Positions 49,403 through 59,681 are shown, numbered from the stretch's first letter. The stretch is DNA of 64,000 bases from Escherichia coli 042 (GCF_000027125.1 NC_017626.1); one strand, 5' to 3'. Made by a program: numbers and translations. Notes: generated by a model not told the origin, from the letters alone.

Positions 49403-52400
49403 TTATTTTGGCGGTAGCTTTTTGCGGTTCTTTGCCAACTGGAATCCTTCAGGTAACGGTTTGAATTTATCGCCGCCTTTAGGCCAGCGTTTTGCCCTGC
49501 TCTGAAATGCCCTTAACGAGTCGATATCCAGCGTTGCAGCGACCACAAAGTCATTATCACCGCCCTTCACACGAGCAATATCACGCATAAAGGGTTCTTT
49601 TGCCGGGGAACGTACGCGACTATCGCCGTATTTTCGGTTATTCACTAAAATAGTATAGGCATGAATATCCAGCGCTGCTGATTCAATCAACGATGCAAAC
49701 GTATCTAGATCTTTATTCCAGCTCAATACCATTAATGCATCGAGTGCGCCCTGAAAACGGATCCTCGCTTTACTATTCTGGAGTTCAGAGCAAATCATAA
49801 CGCCAAAATTGACGCCGTGATGAATATATACCGGCTTACGTTGTTTAACATTAAGTGTCGAATCCCAAGACTTACCATAAGTTGAAAATAATGCCTCATC
49901 TTCACCTACGGCGGGTTCCAGCTTGGGTTGCCATATTTTGACACTCGCTGGATAGCCGAGTCTGTTATCTGAAAGGACAAGTACGGCCTCACTCTTCAGT
50001 TGATTATCGTCTAAGTGGCGGTATTCTGTTCCCGCAATTAGACTGATACCCGCCGAACTCAAACGATCAGCAATACTGTTAACCCAGCGTAACGGGATTG
50101 AAAGCTCAGGGAATAAAACATAATCAGGTTTAGGAGATAGTTTCAATGTTGCATTAACCAGTTCAGAAATCCGCTGGTACCTTGAACGGGACAAGTTAGA
50201 TTTATTGCAGGCCATTTTAGCCCAGTCGTCCTCCTCTGTTTTAATGCTGGTTAGCGCAACGACAACTTTATGTTTCCTGTCTGTGCCAATATGAATGAAT
50301 TTCTTAGGCCGAGCTTTTTTTGTCGCTTCATCTGAGTCCTGCTCCGATGCTAGCAACGTCGGTTTGATCCATACTCCGCGTAATGCTTGAGTATATTTTG
50401 CCCAAATGGTGGACGGTCTCTCATCTGGTTTTTTGTCGGATGTGGAGGGTAATCCAACACATTCGGGGGCCAGTTCTGATATTTCAGCGGGTGTTAAAGG
50501 ACGTGTAGGGAAAATGTAAGGTAGGTAACTTTCGTTCTTACGATTTCCTTTAGCCACTTTTTCCAGTCGGGTATTCTTGGTTGATTTCAAAAATAGCTTA
50601 ATAACGTCAATATCAATAAGCGATGAGTCGCTCATTAATTTCAGTATTTTAACTTCTTTTTTACTATCACGCTGATTAACAAGTTTTTCTGCCGACTGAC
50701 TCTTTACGATCTGTTTATAAGGTTCCTTTGCTAAATCAGCTCGAGCTACCAATGGCGCTTTTAAATAAAAATCTGCTGAATCAAAGCGAAGATCCAGTAA
50801 ATCCTTTAGATTCGTCAGACTTTGTGAAATATGATTAAAAAATGTATCCGCAAGGCACTCTTCTTTCTTTGAACGTTTATCAAGAAATAATCTGTCAGGA
50901 CTGTAATATCGTGTCGCTGCATCAACAAATAGCCAGCTTAATGTGCCTTTTATACAGCGCCAAAGATCATTTACTGCTCGAGTTTTGCAACCATTTATAT
51001 TCACTTCCTTACCTGAAGTAATCACCGATGCCAACAGGTTGATGGATTCGTAAGCTTTAAGTACAATTTTTTCCGCGTGCTGCCATTCATTCATACTGAT
51101 AGCAAAGCCAAGCAGCCTTGGCAGATAACTAAAATGTGCAAATAGATTATCAGCCCTAAGAATATGGTTGTAGGCAAACTGATAAAACTCTTCCCGCTGT
51201 TCTTTCCATTCACTTGGAGGCAGATCTCGTGCCAGTGTTTCAACGTAGCGTAATTGCAGTGACCAGCCCAAACGACGAATGGTTAATCCATCCGCACGGC
51301 GCAGAGTATCGGCATTTTCACCTACACTACCGGCAGCGGAAAGGACTTTAGCTGCGGTGGAGTGTTCCAGTTGATCCGGTGAAGGCATCAAGCGGTGTTC
51401 ACTAGAAAGCTCGTAGATCTCCTTTTCGATACTGTCGAGCAGGTCTATTCCAGCCCTCCCTTGAAGCACGAAAAGTTTTTGCTTATCGGATTGTAACTGG
51501 ATGGTGGTCTTACCCTGGAAATGCTCGCCCTGCTGTATTTGCCATATTTGTTTTTGCTCGTTTTTCAAATAAACGCAATCATTGCCAAGCCTATCTTGCA
51601 GCAATAACATAAATTCGTGATTATTAGTAATTGTCCCTGTATCGCGTATTACAAGGAACATATCATCGACATAACGACCGTAGTGAATTGGTGATAGTTT
51701 TTCAATGACTAATTTATCCCAATGGTGTAGCAATATATTTGAAATGATCCGACTGGCTGTTAATCCAATGACCAGACCACCATTAATAACAGGTGTTTTG
51801 TACGCTATTTTCTTTCCAAATGCCGCTGCGCCGTCAGACCAGTGCTTTAAGAATACTGCTAACTGTGCAGTAAACGCTTTTTCATCCTCAGTCAGTTTTA
51901 TGTTTAGTGTGTTATAGAGATCATCAGAGGTTATAGCCAGTGGATCAATAAAATGATAGTAACTTTTTAAATCCAGTGAGGCGGCGATAATGTCACGATC
52001 TTTTTCCAACTCGTCACGTATAGCTTTTAAGCCATCACCACGCCATTTTTGGTAGGGCTGGAAGTAGGGGCTAAAAGAACCCACGGCACTGATATGGAAT
52101 GGATTATCCTGCTCATTGCTAAATAATTCATCATTACGAATACGCTTTAGCCGCGCGCCATAGCAACAGTTATCTAAGCTGGCATCAAATTTATGCCCGA
52201 CCATGTTAATCCATAGTGCAGAGATAATGTGACTATCAACCGGGAAGTCACCAATAATACGAAACTCTGGTATCAGATCAAAATTATTAAATAAATGGTC
52301 GGCTGCTCGTTTAGGATTAGAAAAGTGGACGTGTCCATTTTGGGATTCATGTTTTTTCTTTGTGGTTAATTTTTTCGGTAACAAACGAAATTTGCCAATC

Positions 52401-52612
52401 AACTTCTTATTGCTACTGAATCCATCTTCGCTCTGCAAAAGATCTAAGAGTTTTTGCAGGTTTTCAAGTAATTCCTGCTCATACTCGGCAAATTTGATAG
52501 CAACAGGAAATGTATTCTCAAAGAAGCTATCGGCTTTTGCTTTCCGGTAAGCGACCAGAAGGTCTTCAATCGTCAGATCATCCCAGCCAGTGAAAATTGC
52601 CTGATATGTCAT
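49403..52612 (-). CDS. Reverse transcriptase fused to a C-terminal nitrilase-family domain (DRT type 1-like)
   Basis: 1069-aa ORF; RT motif A-like LDLKSYYHFI, motif C YGRYVDDMFLV; C-terminal nitrilase-like Glu in YVLFPELSIP and Cys in GVMICSE. Confidence 0.8.
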   Translation of the reverse strand: MTYQAIFTGWDDLTIEDLLVAYRKAKADSFFENTFPVAIKFAEYEQELLENLQKLLDLLQSEDGFSSNKKLIGKFRLLPKKLTTKKKHESQNGHVHFSNPKRAADHLFNNFDLIPEFRIIGDFPVDSHIISALWINMVGHKFDASLDNCCYGARLKRIRNDELFSNEQDNPFHISAVGSFSPYFQPYQKWRGDGLKAIRDELEKDRDIIAASLDLKSYYHFIDPLAITSDDLYNTLNIKLTEDEKAFTAQLAVFLKHWSDGAAAFGKKIAYKTPVINGGLVIGLTASRIISNILLHHWDKLVIEKLSPIHYGRYVDDMFLVIRDTGTITNNHEFMLLLQDRLGNDCVYLKNEQKQIWQIQQGEHFQGKTTIQLQSDKQKLFVLQGRAGIDLLDSIEKEIYELSSEHRLMPSPDQLEHSTAAKVLSAAGSVGENADTLRRADGLTIRRLGWSLQLRYVETLARDLPPSEWKEQREEFYQFAYNHILRADNLFAHFSYLPRLLGFAISMNEWQHAEKIVLKAYESINLLASVITSGKEVNINGCKTRAVNDLWRCIKGTLSWLFVDAATRYYSPDRLFLDKRSKKEECLADTFFNHISQSLTNLKDLLDLRFDSADFYLKAPLVARADLAKEPYKQIVKSQSAEKLVNQRDSKKEVKILKLMSDSSLIDIDVIKLFLKSTKNTRLEKVAKGNRKNESYLPYIFPTRPLTPAEISELAPECVGLPSTSDKKPDERPSTIWAKYTQALRGVWIKPTLLASEQDSDEATKKARPKKFIHIGTDRKHKVVVALTSIKTEEDDWAKMACNKSNLSRSRYQRISELVNATLKLSPKPDYVLFPELSIPLRWVNSIADRLSSAGISLIAGTEYRHLDDNQLKSEAVLVLSDNRLGYPASVKIWQPKLEPAVGEDEALFSTYGKSWDSTLNVKQRKPVYIHHGVNFGVMICSELQNSKARIRFQGALDALMVLSWNKDLDTFASLIESAALDIHAYTILVNNRKYGDSRVRSPAKEPFMRDIARVKGGDNDFVVAATLDIDSLRAFQSRAKRWPKGGDKFKPLPEGFQLAKNRKKLPPK

Positions 52613-52906
52613 GCGTTATCGTCCTTAGATTACAGTCTGTACAGAATTAGCCAGCCGTTTCATGCCCGAAGGGGGGCTCTTGACACCAGTAATCCATCAG
52701 TGAGGCTGGCAATAATTTTGATTTGTATCCATGTTACACGCTCCCCGCAACCAGTCCGAGCATATATTTGTCACATTTTTCCCGAAAGTGATTAAGTTTG
52801 AATTTTTTGTTTAATGTCGATTTTTAGTCGACAAAATGAGGAATAAGTAAACTATTTCTTGCTGTGGCGTATCCCTGAATCTACACTGGTTTAAATATTT
52901 GTACTA

Positions 52907-53710
52907 ATGTCTATTCAGAGGCGACAGTTGCCAAACTATCTAAACTGGCTGATGCAGCACACGCTACCCGGCCAGGTGCTGCTCCAGTCATGGCTTACCC
53001 GCAACGGCATAGATCGTAAGCTCTCTTATCTCTATGTGAAGAATGGCTGGCTCAGGCGGATCGCTCACGGCGTATACTGCCGGACGGGCCGTGAGCCGGA
53101 TTGGGTAGACGCGGTTTACTGCCTTCAAACACAGTGGGAAAAGCCTGTTCGGGTGGCGGGGCTAACCAGCCTTGCGCTTCAGGGCCATGCGCACTATACC
53201 GAACCGGGTAAGCCGCAGGTCTGGCTCGCGCTTCCGGCTTACGTTAAGCTGCCGGGATGGTTTGCTGCCTTCGAACAATCTGCAACATTTATCACGCTGT
53301 ATACATCGGGGCTTACCGTAGATGTAACGTCATTGACTACGGAACTGAAAATTGGCGACCGCCAGTTAGCAGGCAGTGCCCCGGAACTGGCCGCGTATGA
53401 GATCGCCTGCGGCGTTCCTTCGTTGATATCGTTCGAACATGCCGATGCTCTGTTTCAGGGGATGAATCTTCTCAGCCCGCGTAAATTGCAGGCGTTACTC
53501 TGCGCCAGTCATTCGGTTAAAACCAACCGGGTGATGCTTTACCTTGCCCGGCGTAATGGACACCCTTATTTTCAGTATCTTGATCAAAGCGGTATAGAAA
53601 CAGGTACGGGAAAGCGGCAAATCATACCTGGTGGCTGGCTGGAGCCGGATTATCAAATTACTGTTCCACGCGAATTTAAACCGGAAGGAGTCGAAGATGG
53701 ATCTGCGTGA
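52907..53710 (+). CDS. AbiEi-like antitoxin/transcriptional regulator
   Basis: 267-aa ORF immediately upstream of, and overlapping by 14 bp, a DUF1814-type nucleotidyltransferase gene; assigned mainly by that pairing. Confidence 0.6.
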   Translation: MSIQRRQLPNYLNWLMQHTLPGQVLLQSWLTRNGIDRKLSYLYVKNGWLRRIAHGVYCRTGREPDWVDAVYCLQTQWEKPVRVAGLTSLALQGHAHYTEPGKPQVWLALPAYVKLPGWFAAFEQSATFITLYTSGLTVDVTSLTTELKIGDRQLAGSAPELAAYEIACGVPSLISFEHADALFQGMNLLSPRKLQALLCASHSVKTNRVMLYLARRNGHPYFQYLDQSGIETGTGKRQIIPGGWLEPDYQITVPREFKPEGVEDGSA

Positions 53711-54617
53711 TAGCTATACCCGGCAGGTCAAACTGTTGATGGACGCTCTGCCGCATGTGGCGAAGGAGTCCGGTTTCGCATTAAAAGGCGGCACCGCAAT
53801 CAATTTGTTTGTGCAGGATTTTCCCCGTCTGTCGGTGGATATCGATCTGGCGTATAAGACTTTTGCGGATCGCGATACCGATTTGACGGCGATCAACGAC
53901 GCTTTGAAGAGAATTACTGCATCGCTGAACAGTAAACCGGGGATTACCGCGATTCGGCAGGAAAATAAAACGGATGAAAAGCGCATCATTGTGAATACGG
54001 CTGATGCCCAGATTAAGATCGAGGTTAGTCCGGTCTGGCGTGGGCTATTGTTGCCTCCGGCAGAAATGTCGGTGTGCGAACGTGTGGAAATGGAGTATGG
54101 CTTCACCACTATGAGTGTCGTTTCGCTGGCGGATCTTTATGGCGGTAAAATCTGCGCAGCGCTTGATCGTCAGCACCCGCGCGATCTGTTTGATGTGCTG
54201 AATATGCTGGAGAAACCGGGACTGATGCGGGAGATCTTTGACGGTTTTCTTTGTTATCTGGCAGGCCATCCCCGCCCCATTGCCGAGTTGCTGGCTCCAA
54301 ACTGGGATACAGAGCGGATCACGACGCTGTATGCTCAGGAATTTTCGGGGATGACTCAGCAGGAAACGTCGCTGGAATCGCTGCTGTCAGTAACGACTTT
54401 GCTGCCGCAGGCGTTGAAGTCACATCTTACGGATCTGGATCGCGAGTTCTTGCTCAGTTTTAAGCAAAACAGCCCTGACTGGTCGCGGTATCGCTATCCT
54501 GAAATTCAGCATCTTCCGGCTATTCGCTGGAAGCAACGTAATCTGGCGGTGCTGAAAGATAAAAATCCGGCGAAGTATGTGGCGGCGGTGAATAAGCTAG
54601 AGAGGGTGCTGGCGTAA
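53697..54617 (+). CDS. AbiEii-like nucleotidyltransferase toxin (DUF1814)
   Basis: 306 aa from ATG 53697 (MDLRDSYTRQ); nucleotidyltransferase signature FALKGGTAINLF...RLSVDIDLAY. Confidence 0.75.
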   Translation: MDLRDSYTRQVKLLMDALPHVAKESGFALKGGTAINLFVQDFPRLSVDIDLAYKTFADRDTDLTAINDALKRITASLNSKPGITAIRQENKTDEKRIIVNTADAQIKIEVSPVWRGLLLPPAEMSVCERVEMEYGFTTMSVVSLADLYGGKICAALDRQHPRDLFDVLNMLEKPGLMREIFDGFLCYLAGHPRPIAELLAPNWDTERITTLYAQEFSGMTQQETSLESLLSVTTLLPQALKSHLTDLDREFLLSFKQNSPDWSRYRYPEIQHLPAIRWKQRNLAVLKDKNPAKYVAAVNKLERVLA

Positions 54618-55059
54618 TCAATAGACCAGCATTAATCACAGAAGATTACCAATCAGACAGAAATGGTTAAATCGTCGAATTCATAATTAATACTTTTTCT
54701 TACGCCGCTGAACAGCTTGAAAAGGATACATATTTTAAATATCAGTGAAGTGAACAGTTTATTGCCGTTATTAATAGAGATGGAGGAATAAATACGCGTA
54801 TTCTACTATTGCAACAAAAAAAACGATGATGATCAGTTTTCATAATGAAGTAACCTGACAGATATAAAAATGTTGATTGAGGCTCAATGCCCGAATGAAG
54901 GTTGTCGAGGGAGCCAGGTGGTTTTTTCTTTTGGGTGATCTCCATTGCTGGATAGTCCCCTCTTTCTCGCTCAAAGCAGGGTGTACAGACCCTGGAATTG
55001 AACGCAGAGGGACTACCTGACACAATTTTGCACAGTGAAGAGTCGGTCGTTATTAACGT

Positions 55060-55944
55060 TCAGATTTTCAATGTATCAATGACCATCCGCAGGGCGGGGG
55101 AGACGTTGCGATGAGGGTAATAGAGAAACAATCCCTCCATTCGCAGGCTGTAACGCTGCAACACCCTGATAAGCTTACCGTGTTCTAAATCATCCGCGAC
55201 CAGTTCAACAGGAACATAGGCCAATCCGAGGCCCAGCCGGGCTGCTTCTGCTTCCATATAGCTGTCGGATAAGGCCCATTGCCCTTCAGGGCGATGAGTG
55301 ATTTTTTTATCATCCTGATTGAGTTCCCACTGGTATACGCTGCCGTCGGCAAACTGATAGGCGATACAGGGATGCGCCTTTAAATCCGCCGGGGTTTGCG
55401 GAAAACCATAGCGACGAAAATGTTCCGGAGTCCCCACAATTGCCATCTCCATATCGGGCGTGATGCGTACCGCGACCATACCCTGGCCGACTTCAGGCCC
55501 CAGGCGGACACCTGCATCGAATCTTTCCTCGATGATATCGACGAACCGGCTCTCATTTATCAGTTCAAGCCGGATATCAGGATATCGCTGTTTAAATACC
55601 GCCAGATTTGGCAGCAGGCATTTATCAATCGCGTGCTGGCTGGCATTGATACGCACCGTGCCGGAGGGCGTCTCTCGATAGTGCGCCAGCGTGGCAAGCC
55701 CAAGATCTAACATTTCAAATCCAGATGCCGTCTTCTGGTAGAGCTGCTCGCCTGCTTGTGTCAGCGACAGTTTACGCGTGGTGCGCACTAGCAGCTGGAC
55801 ACCCAGCCTTTCTTCAAGCTCGCGAACAGAACGGCTGACTCCTGACTGAGCAAGACCCAGCCGCTGAGCCGCTGCGGTAAAGCTGCCTTCTCGCACCACC
55901 TGCATAAACAGGTACAGCTCGTTGTAGTTCTCCCTTTTCGCCAT
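55060..55944 (-). CDS. LysR-family transcriptional regulator
   Basis: N-terminal HTH (FMQVVREGSFTAAAQRLGLAQSGVSRSVRELEERLGVQLLVRTTRK) and LysR substrate-binding domain. Confidence 0.88.
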   Translation of the reverse strand: MAKRENYNELYLFMQVVREGSFTAAAQRLGLAQSGVSRSVRELEERLGVQLLVRTTRKLSLTQAGEQLYQKTASGFEMLDLGLATLAHYRETPSGTVRINASQHAIDKCLLPNLAVFKQRYPDIRLELINESRFVDIIEERFDAGVRLGPEVGQGMVAVRITPDMEMAIVGTPEHFRRYGFPQTPADLKAHPCIAYQFADGSVYQWELNQDDKKITHRPEGQWALSDSYMEAEAARLGLGLAYVPVELVADDLEHGKLIRVLQRYSLRMEGLFLYYPHRNVSPALRMVIDTLKI

Positions 55945-56130
55945 TGAAACATCCCCCCTTCATGCCGGCAATCTCCGCATTAATTTATAACAATATGGTA
56001 TTAATCTTAGCATTAATCGCCCCCTAATCAGCACTAATTCTGCTCACTATAATGACCCCATCAAAGCAAAGCACTGCAGCGTTGTCCGTCGGAAACCTGT
56101 ATCTCTCTGTTGTTTTTTATGGGGATTTTT

Positions 56131-57267
56131 ATGAAAGCCTTCACCCGAACGCTAAAAACCGCGATGCCGACCATGCTGCTTTTCGCGTCATTATGTGGAG
56201 TCACGACAATGAGTTATGCTGATTCAACCAATCCTAATGCCCCTGTGTCCATGACAGATAAATGGGATAAAACGTTCGCCGAGAGCCAGAAAGTCGATCA
56301 CCGTAAAGTATCGTTCCCGAACCGATATGGCATCACCTTAGTGGGCGATCTTTACCTGCCTAAAGACCGTGGCGATCGCAAGCTGGCGGCGATTGCGGTC
56401 AGTGGGCCATTTGGCGCGGTGAAAGAGCAATCCAGCGGCCTGTATGCGCAGACGCTGGCGGAACGAGGGTTTGTTACCCTGGCGTTCGATCCTTCTTACA
56501 CCGGGGAAAGCGGCGGCTATCCGCGAAACGTCGCCTCACCGGATATCAACACTGAAGATTTCAGCGCGGCGGTGGATTTCTTAGGGCTGCAAAAAGAGGT
56601 AGATCGCAACCGTATCGGGCTGCTCGGTATTTGTGGCTGGGGCGGCATGGCGCTGAACGACGTGGCGATGGATACCCGCGTTAAAGCGGTAGCTACCAGC
56701 GTGATGTATGACATGAGCCGGGCGATGGGTCATGGTGTGGGGGATGGCAAAGACCGTTATTCTACCGCCGACCGTCGTGCCGTTCTGCAATATCTGAATG
56801 AACAGCGCTGGAAGGATGCGCAGAGCGGAACGTTCGCTCACGGTGGTCATGATATTAATGTCGACAGCAACGGCAAGGTCAGTGCGGGCGAGCGCATTCT
56901 GCCAGAAACGCTGCCGGCAAATCCTCATCCGGTACTGAAAGAGTTCTTTGACTACTATCGCATGCCGCGCGGCTTCCACGAACGTTCCGTTAACTCTACC
57001 GGGGCGTGGACGGCAACGATGCCGCTGTCATTTATGAATATGCCGCTGTTGAGCTACGCCAGTGAAATCACCATTCCGACGCTGATTGTGACCGGTGAGA
57101 AAGCGCATTCACGCTATTTTGCTGAAGATGCTTACAAGGCGGTTGGCAGTAAAGACAAAGAGTTGGTGGTGGTACCAGGGGCAAATCACGTGGACCTGTA
57201 CGATAACGTGGCCGGAAAAATACCTTTCGCGAAGTTCGAACAATTTTTCCAGACCAAACTGAAATAA
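56131..57267 (+). CDS. Secreted alpha/beta-hydrolase-fold protein
   Basis: Signal peptide (MKAFTRTLKTAMPTMLLFASLCGVTTMSYA), nucleophile-elbow-like GICGWGG; start uncertain among 56110, 56119 and 56131. Confidence 0.7.
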   Translation: MKAFTRTLKTAMPTMLLFASLCGVTTMSYADSTNPNAPVSMTDKWDKTFAESQKVDHRKVSFPNRYGITLVGDLYLPKDRGDRKLAAIAVSGPFGAVKEQSSGLYAQTLAERGFVTLAFDPSYTGESGGYPRNVASPDINTEDFSAAVDFLGLQKEVDRNRIGLLGICGWGGMALNDVAMDTRVKAVATSVMYDMSRAMGHGVGDGKDRYSTADRRAVLQYLNEQRWKDAQSGTFAHGGHDINVDSNGKVSAGERILPETLPANPHPVLKEFFDYYRMPRGFHERSVNSTGAWTATMPLSFMNMPLLSYASEITIPTLIVTGEKAHSRYFAEDAYKAVGSKDKELVVVPGANHVDLYDNVAGKIPFAKFEQFFQTKLK

Positions 57268-57342
57268 AACCTCTCCTGAATTGATGCAAAGCCACCGGTC
57301 TATGGCCGGTGGCTTTTATCCTGATCTTTGTGAAATTTCACT

Positions 57343-58536
57343 ATGTCGACACTAAGCCAAACACTATCACCTCATCATCAGCGCGCATACTGGGGCGGTA
57401 TTTTTGCCATGACCCTGTGCGTGTTTGTGCTGATTGCTTCTGAATTTATGCCCGTCAGCCTGCTCACGCCGATTACCCGCGATTTAGGCGTGACGGAGGG
57501 GCTGGCAGGGCAGGGGATTGCTATCTCCGGCGCGCTGGCGGTTCTGACCAGCCTGACGCTTTCAACGCTAGCTGGAAAGATGAATCGTAAGTTCCTGCTG
57601 CTGGGGATGACGGTTCTGATGGCCGTATCGGGGCTTATTATTGCGCTGGCTTCCAGTTATCTGATGTATATGGTCGGTCGTGCGATGATTGGTGTGGCCA
57701 TTGGCGGATTCTGGTCGATGTCAGCGGCAACGGCTATTCGTCTGGTACCGCAGCATCAGGTTACGCGTGCGCTGGCGATTTTCAACGCCGGTAATGCGCT
57801 GGCGACGGCCGTGGCCGCACCGCTGGGAAGCTATCTGGGGGCTAAGGTCGGATGGCGAGGCGCTTTCTTGTGCCTGGTGCCTATCGCGGTTGTCGCCTTT
57901 ATCTGGCAATGCATTAGTCTGCCAAGCATGGATGCGAATAAAAGCCACACGTCATGTGGCGCGGTATTCCGCTTATTTAGCCGCCGCATGGTTGTGGTCG
58001 GCATGATAGCCTGCGGCCTGTTTTTCATGGGGCAGTTTGCACTATTCACCTATGTGCGCCCGTTTCTGGAGTCGGTGACACGGGTTAATTCCTTAGGCTT
58101 GTCGTCGATTTTGTTGATTATCGGCGTGGCCGGTTTTATTGGCACGCTGGTTGTTTCGGCATTTCTCAACAGAAAATTCTACCCCACGCTGATGGCCATA
58201 CCCGGACTGATGGCCGTCATTGCCATCGGTCTGATGCTTACCGGGCATCACGTCTGGACGGTCTCGCTGCTGTTAGGACTCTGGGGCATGCTGGCCACCG
58301 CCGCGCCAACCGGATGGTGGACATGGATTGCGCGTACGTTGCCTGACAACGCCGAAGCTGGAGGCGGGCTCATGGTCGCGGTGATTCAGCTCGCCATCGC
58401 CCTTGGATCAACGGCAGGAGGCATCGTGTTTGACCGCCTTGGCTGGCAGAGCACGTTTGCTATGAGTAGCGTGCTGCTCCTTTGCGCTGGCGTACTGACC
58501 TTTGTTACCGCACGCCAGAAGGCCGGTGCGCTTTAG
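57343..58536 (+). CDS. MFS-family transporter
   Basis: 397-aa ORF with about 12 hydrophobic helices and MFS-like loop motifs. Confidence 0.8.
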   Translation: MSTLSQTLSPHHQRAYWGGIFAMTLCVFVLIASEFMPVSLLTPITRDLGVTEGLAGQGIAISGALAVLTSLTLSTLAGKMNRKFLLLGMTVLMAVSGLIIALASSYLMYMVGRAMIGVAIGGFWSMSAATAIRLVPQHQVTRALAIFNAGNALATAVAAPLGSYLGAKVGWRGAFLCLVPIAVVAFIWQCISLPSMDANKSHTSCGAVFRLFSRRMVVVGMIACGLFFMGQFALFTYVRPFLESVTRVNSLGLSSILLIIGVAGFIGTLVVSAFLNRKFYPTLMAIPGLMAVIAIGLMLTGHHVWTVSLLLGLWGMLATAAPTGWWTWIARTLPDNAEAGGGLMVAVIQLAIALGSTAGGIVFDRLGWQSTFAMSSVLLLCAGVLTFVTARQKAGAL

Positions 58537-58661
58537 TCCGGCGAGGGCGCGCGTTGCTGAATAAGTTACACAAGGCGATGAGCGCCCACTATGGGTTGGG
58601 CGCTCTTTTAAACGATTTAGGTGATTTTCTAAAACGGCTACTGCAGATTTTTTCTCTTAAT

Positions 58662-59672
58662 TTATGGGTATTTCCCCCGGAGGCGAGAAAGCGCTCTCCA
58701 CGCCCAGCCGCAAGGATCAGGACACGGGGGCAGGCATGAATCCTCCTCCTGATGGAGACGTACAGAGGCGACTTCTGCCAGCACGGAGAGTGCCAGAGTA
58801 TGCGCATCCCGGGCTTTGGGGAATATCCCGACGGGTGCCCGGATTTGCGCTGTCTCCTCCCTGGACCATCCCAGCTCGTGGAGCTTTTGCAGACGTAAAG
58901 TGTGGGTTCGATAGCTGCCCAATGCGCCGAGATAAAAGGGTTTTGCTTCTCGCGCGGCCTGCAACACTGGCAGCTCCCGGTTGAGATCATGGCACAGCAA
59001 AATGACCGCCGTATCGGTATCGATCTGAGCGCTGGCTGAGGCCGGAAAAAGATCGAAGATATGGCTGTCATAGCCTGTGGCTGCTGCAAGACTCGCGGTT
59101 GCCTGCGCCTCAAGAGAACGTCCGTAAATCATCAGCCTGACGCATGGCCTGAACCCCACCTCAAAGCCATTGAGATTCCAGCCCGTCCGGGTTTGCGTGG
59201 GCAGGCACACCAGCGATTGAGCTTGCGGATCGTAGCGCAGACCCGACGGTTTTCTCTGTTCCAGGCGGTTCAGCACGGCGAGCAGAGGCTGTGCCGAGCG
59301 TAGTTTATGGAGCGTCAGCGTGATCCCACCGCCGCAGGGCAGAACGATGTCAAACCACGGCGAACCTTCGCCATAGCGAATTTCGCGATCGCAGCCTGAG
59401 CCCATCACCTCCAGCGCTTCAAAAGCGGCAGCGGCCTCCACGCAGCCGCCAGAGACAAAACCGCAGTAACGACCATCTTCGCGCACTACCATCTGTGCTC
59501 CGAGCGGGCGCGCCGCGCCGCCGCGTATCTCCACCAGCGTCACCAGCACCGCTCCTTTACCGGACATTAGCGCCTCTACGGCGAAGCGCAGAATGGCCCG
59601 GTGGTCATCGGTGAGAAACGCCTGCTCTGGCTTATGCCAGTGCTCGTCTTTGTCAAAAAGTGGGTATGACAT
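58662..59672 (-). CDS. paoD: XdhC-family molybdenum cofactor insertion chaperone
   Basis: XdhC/CoxI-like sequence (RFAVEALMSGKGAVLVTLVEIRGGAARPLGAQMVV) downstream of the oxidoreductase genes. Confidence 0.85.
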   Translation of the reverse strand: MSYPLFDKDEHWHKPEQAFLTDDHRAILRFAVEALMSGKGAVLVTLVEIRGGAARPLGAQMVVREDGRYCGFVSGGCVEAAAAFEALEVMGSGCDREIRYGEGSPWFDIVLPCGGGITLTLHKLRSAQPLLAVLNRLEQRKPSGLRYDPQAQSLVCLPTQTRTGWNLNGFEVGFRPCVRLMIYGRSLEAQATASLAAATGYDSHIFDLFPASASAQIDTDTAVILLCHDLNRELPVLQAAREAKPFYLGALGSYRTHTLRLQKLHELGWSREETAQIRAPVGIFPKARDAHTLALSVLAEVASVRLHQEEDSCLPPCPDPCGWAWRALSRLRGKYP

Positions 59673-59681
59673 TGTTCCTCC

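Noticed and set aside
54950-55015. Nested stem-loop (GTCCCCTCT...AGAGGGAC with inner CAGGG...CCCTG) downstream of the LysR gene
   Set aside because: Plausible RNA structure but no adjacent U-run on either strand and no conserved motif I recognise; not enough to call a terminator or small RNA.
48224-55059. Direct repeat of the thrW 3' end marking the distal island boundary
   Set aside because: I looked for a copy of TTCGACTCCTATTATCGGCACCA or shorter derivatives in 54.6-55.1 kb and did not find one by eye; the boundary is inferred only from the AT-rich spacer and resumption of core-like genes.
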